Notes under the pieces: generated by a model | The model's database searches: none | What the model saw: the letters and a program-made list of their open reading frames with translations, nothing else | What the model was told of the DNA's origin: nothing | NCBI GenBank assembly: GCA_013239625.1 | Contig: MU054120.1 | Coordinates: 310,001 to 374,000 of the forward strand | From: Lama guanicoe | Lineage: Eukaryota | DNA length: 64,000 bases | Direction of reading: 5' to 3' | Position numbers and translations under genes: made by a program | Part shown: positions 61,245 to 64,000 of the stretch, one piece after another | Numbering within the stretch: the first letter of the stretch is position 1 | Layout of the letters: each line of letters begins with the position of its first letter

Positions 61245-63849
61245 AGTTGACTTGAGACAATATAAGTAACTAAATAATAGAATCAAGTAAAGTCTAAAGA
61301 TGACAGTTAGTTTTACATGAGAAGAGGCAAATAAGGTAACTTAAAAATCAAGTCAGAGTATCTCCTTTTTTGTGTTTATGAAAAATACCTGTTGGATTTT
61401 TTTTCATTTAAAAAACTAAAGCATCCACCAAAATTTAAAATAAATTCAGGAAAAGCTAAAAGCTTACTTATAGACGATAAATGCAAATTCGACACTGTTC
61501 GTGGTCTACCCAGAATATCTGCGTTGCAAAAAAAAAGAGTTTTGCTCTTGTCTAATTTTTTTTCTTTTAGTTCTGTTCAAAGCAAATGCTAAAATGGTTT
61601 GGTCAGAAGCAAAAGAGAGCATTCCGGTAAAAAGATGTCATTTAGGTACTATCAGAGTGCTCCGTACCTTCAGTAAATACTTGAATAAGTGATTGCAATT
61701 CTGTTCTATAAGTAAAATGCTGGACAATGAAATCCCTACTCTATGTATTCAGAGCTAAAGGTTACAAGCCCAGGGTGGCGAAGCCCACAGGCCAGCTACT
61801 GCAGGCATCACACTGTGGCTTGTCCTTTATGCTTTTCTTCGTCCCTCTGGCTGCTGGCAACTGTCAGGTTCCCGTGATTATTATTTGCAGTTTCCCCTTC
61901 CAGTTAAACCAAAGGGCATTTCAGGGAACAGTCACTAGGTGCTGGCCAGAGTCAACGCCAAAATCCAACAGAGTCAAGTCACGGAACAGGAGCCAGGCCA
62001 GGGTCCCAGCGGAGGCAACAAGCAGGCTGCGACAGGCGCGTCTTTTTAGCCTCCCTGGCGCTTGAAAGTTCACAGCTAAACCCACGCCTTCTGTGTAAGG
62101 TAAAGCCCAGAAAGCACAAACGTCAGCGGCACAGGTGTCTTTACGTTGCTTAGGACACTGTGTGAGCAACACACCAAAGGCGGACTTCTGGGGCCGCGGC
62201 AACACCAGCCATGACCCTCCAAGAACGGAACAGTCGCCAAAGATAAGAACGGCCGGCCACTCTGCTGCTATCACCGCCGGCCCCCCGCCTGACTACACAG
62301 TGTACTCGCTTCACCGAGGCGACAAACGCTGCATCTGACTGCTGGCCAGCCTTGGCACACACCTCTCTCCACATACCTGTTTTCAGTTCTATCAGGAAAT
62401 TAGTCCTACAAGAGATTGTGGGGGAATAAAAAGGTAAAAGTCAATGTCGAGGGAAGGAAAATAAATTTTTAACTAGTGATCACCGGCATACCGGAAACAG
62501 AAATCCCACTGTAAAACTGAGAAGTTATATGGTTGCGTGTGTTTTTATTTTCAGATTTCTAGGAACTTGGGAGAATCTGCAGGAATGTAGAGAGAGAGAT
62601 GGCTGTATGGGCAGATAATATATAATTTTAAAAAACAGTTTGATTCTCTGATGAAATACAGCTTAAAAATCATGGCACTTCAACCACCTTAGATTATTCT
62701 GACGCCTTTTAATAACATTAGGAGTGTATCAGAGCCACTTCTTTTGAAACCATTAATGATTGGATTATAAAAAAATGCTCCTTTTCAGGAGCCAAAACAG
62801 TGTATATAGAAACTTCTCTCACCCTAATAGACTATTTGGGGCTATCATATTTGTTTAATTCTAGATTAATTAATAATTCTTAATAGGTTCATTTGGCCGT
62901 AATCCTAGTATTTTCAACTTGAATCTCTAGCTCCACCTTTGTGGAAGAGGCCCTGTGCATACCAGGAATGCCTGATTTGCATAACTTCCCTTTGTCTGAA
63001 TTATTGGCCTTAGGCTCTTGGTTTTGGTTAAACTACAAGTTAAATACCATACATTGCCTAAGAAATAGGTGGCTTATGGTCTTAAACTGCCCATATTAAG
63101 TGTTCAATTAACAACAGAGCCTTTCCTGTTTTCCCCTTCAACTCTCTCCTATAAAATACCATTCAGTAGGCGGTAATAATACATGATAATTTCCCCACAC
63201 CTCCTTGATTGGATATCTTTTTGGAGTCAAGGAAGGGACACTTTAATTGCAAGGCACAAATTACATTCTCTTGTCAACTGTGAAGAAGTCCCACTCACAC
63301 TGTAAGAGTATTAGCCACGATAAACAAAACATAGCGTTCAATTCAACTGCCTCATGTTCTAAAACACGCAGTACCTCAATCACGTATTTTGATGTTGTCT
63401 TCCAATGAAAGAAATACATTTTAAACATGTATGCTGGAGTCTTCGAGGTGCTACCACTGAATGTCCCTGTTGCAATCACAGGCTATGCCAAAGAGCTAAA
63501 CTGCTTAGAATTGGGGATTCCTCAGTCCTTTGAAATGGGTTTAAGATGAACCCTTACACCAAATTTCAAGTCATAATGAAGTTATGGTATTTTGATGAAC
63601 CAGTTATTACCAAGATTTTTTTTTAGATGTGAATAGTTTTCCTTATTTAAGGTATAACTGGAGTTGAATATATCTGTTTAAAAAAGCATACTCGAGTACT
63701 CAGAAAAGTAAAACAATATTCAAATCCCAATTTATTTGAACATAATTCAATAGTGTTACCCGTGTCTACTTGATTTCTTGATACCAACATCAGTCCTACC
63801 GTATGCAGTTCACGGAGCTGAGGTTTTTGAAAGAAGGATTATGTTTGTG

Positions 63850-64000
63850 TGCTATGGTCTGAATGTTTGTGGCCCCTCAAACTCATGATCAAATCTTAAT
63901 GCCCAATGTGATGGTCACAGGAGGTGAGGCCTTGGTAAGGTGCGTAGGTCATAAGGGTGGAGCCCTCATGAATGGGATTAATCCTCTTTTAAAGAACCCA
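63850..64000 (+). mobile_element. MaLR LTR 5' part (MLT1A0-like), truncated by the window edge
   Basis: 'tgctatggtctgaatgtttgtg...aatgtgatggt...ggtcataagggtggagccctcatgaatgggatta'. Confidence 0.88.

Noticed and set aside
61727..62374. Overlapping ORFs of 67-117 aa on both strands
   Set aside because: Explained by local GC richness; no known homology or exon structure.
63970..64000. Window end and start both fall at 'aatgggat' of an MLT1A0, suggesting circularity or a terminal repeat
   Set aside because: The sequences after the shared 8-mer differ, so these are two independent copies of an abundant LTR.
1..64000. CRISPR array, operon or other novel multi-gene system
   Set aside because: No regularly spaced repeats and no gene-length ORFs; the sequence is typical repeat-rich mammalian non-coding DNA.

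Overview
This is a 64-kb window of non-coding mammalian genomic DNA, most likely camelid (alpaca, llama or camel), judged from tRNA-Ala-derived Vic-1-like SINEs and lineage-type L1 3' ends. I find no protein-coding gene, RNA gene, CRISPR array or prokaryote-like system. The listed ORFs are short chance ORFs or decayed transposon ORFs. Much of the window is interspersed repeats: MaLR (MLT1) and ERVL (MLT2) LTRs, old and young L1, L2, MIR, MamSINE1, a fossil RTE-X/L4-like LINE, and hAT or Tc-mar DNA transposons (MER5A, MER112, MER20, MER96, MER3, Tigger1). LTRs and L1s are mostly in + orientation, which suggests an intron of a large minus-strand gene, though I could not identify any exon of it. 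The most notable items are (1) a ~185-bp local duplication that copies an L2/MER112 junction 11.7 kb away, (2) an LTR element with mismatched LTRs (MLT2-type 5' LTR, MaLR internal region, MLT1-type 3' LTR), and (3) a fossil RTE-type reverse transcriptase overlapped by an antisense exon-like segment. Repeat subfamily names come from my recall of consensus sequences, not a database search, and boundaries of old repeats are approximate.
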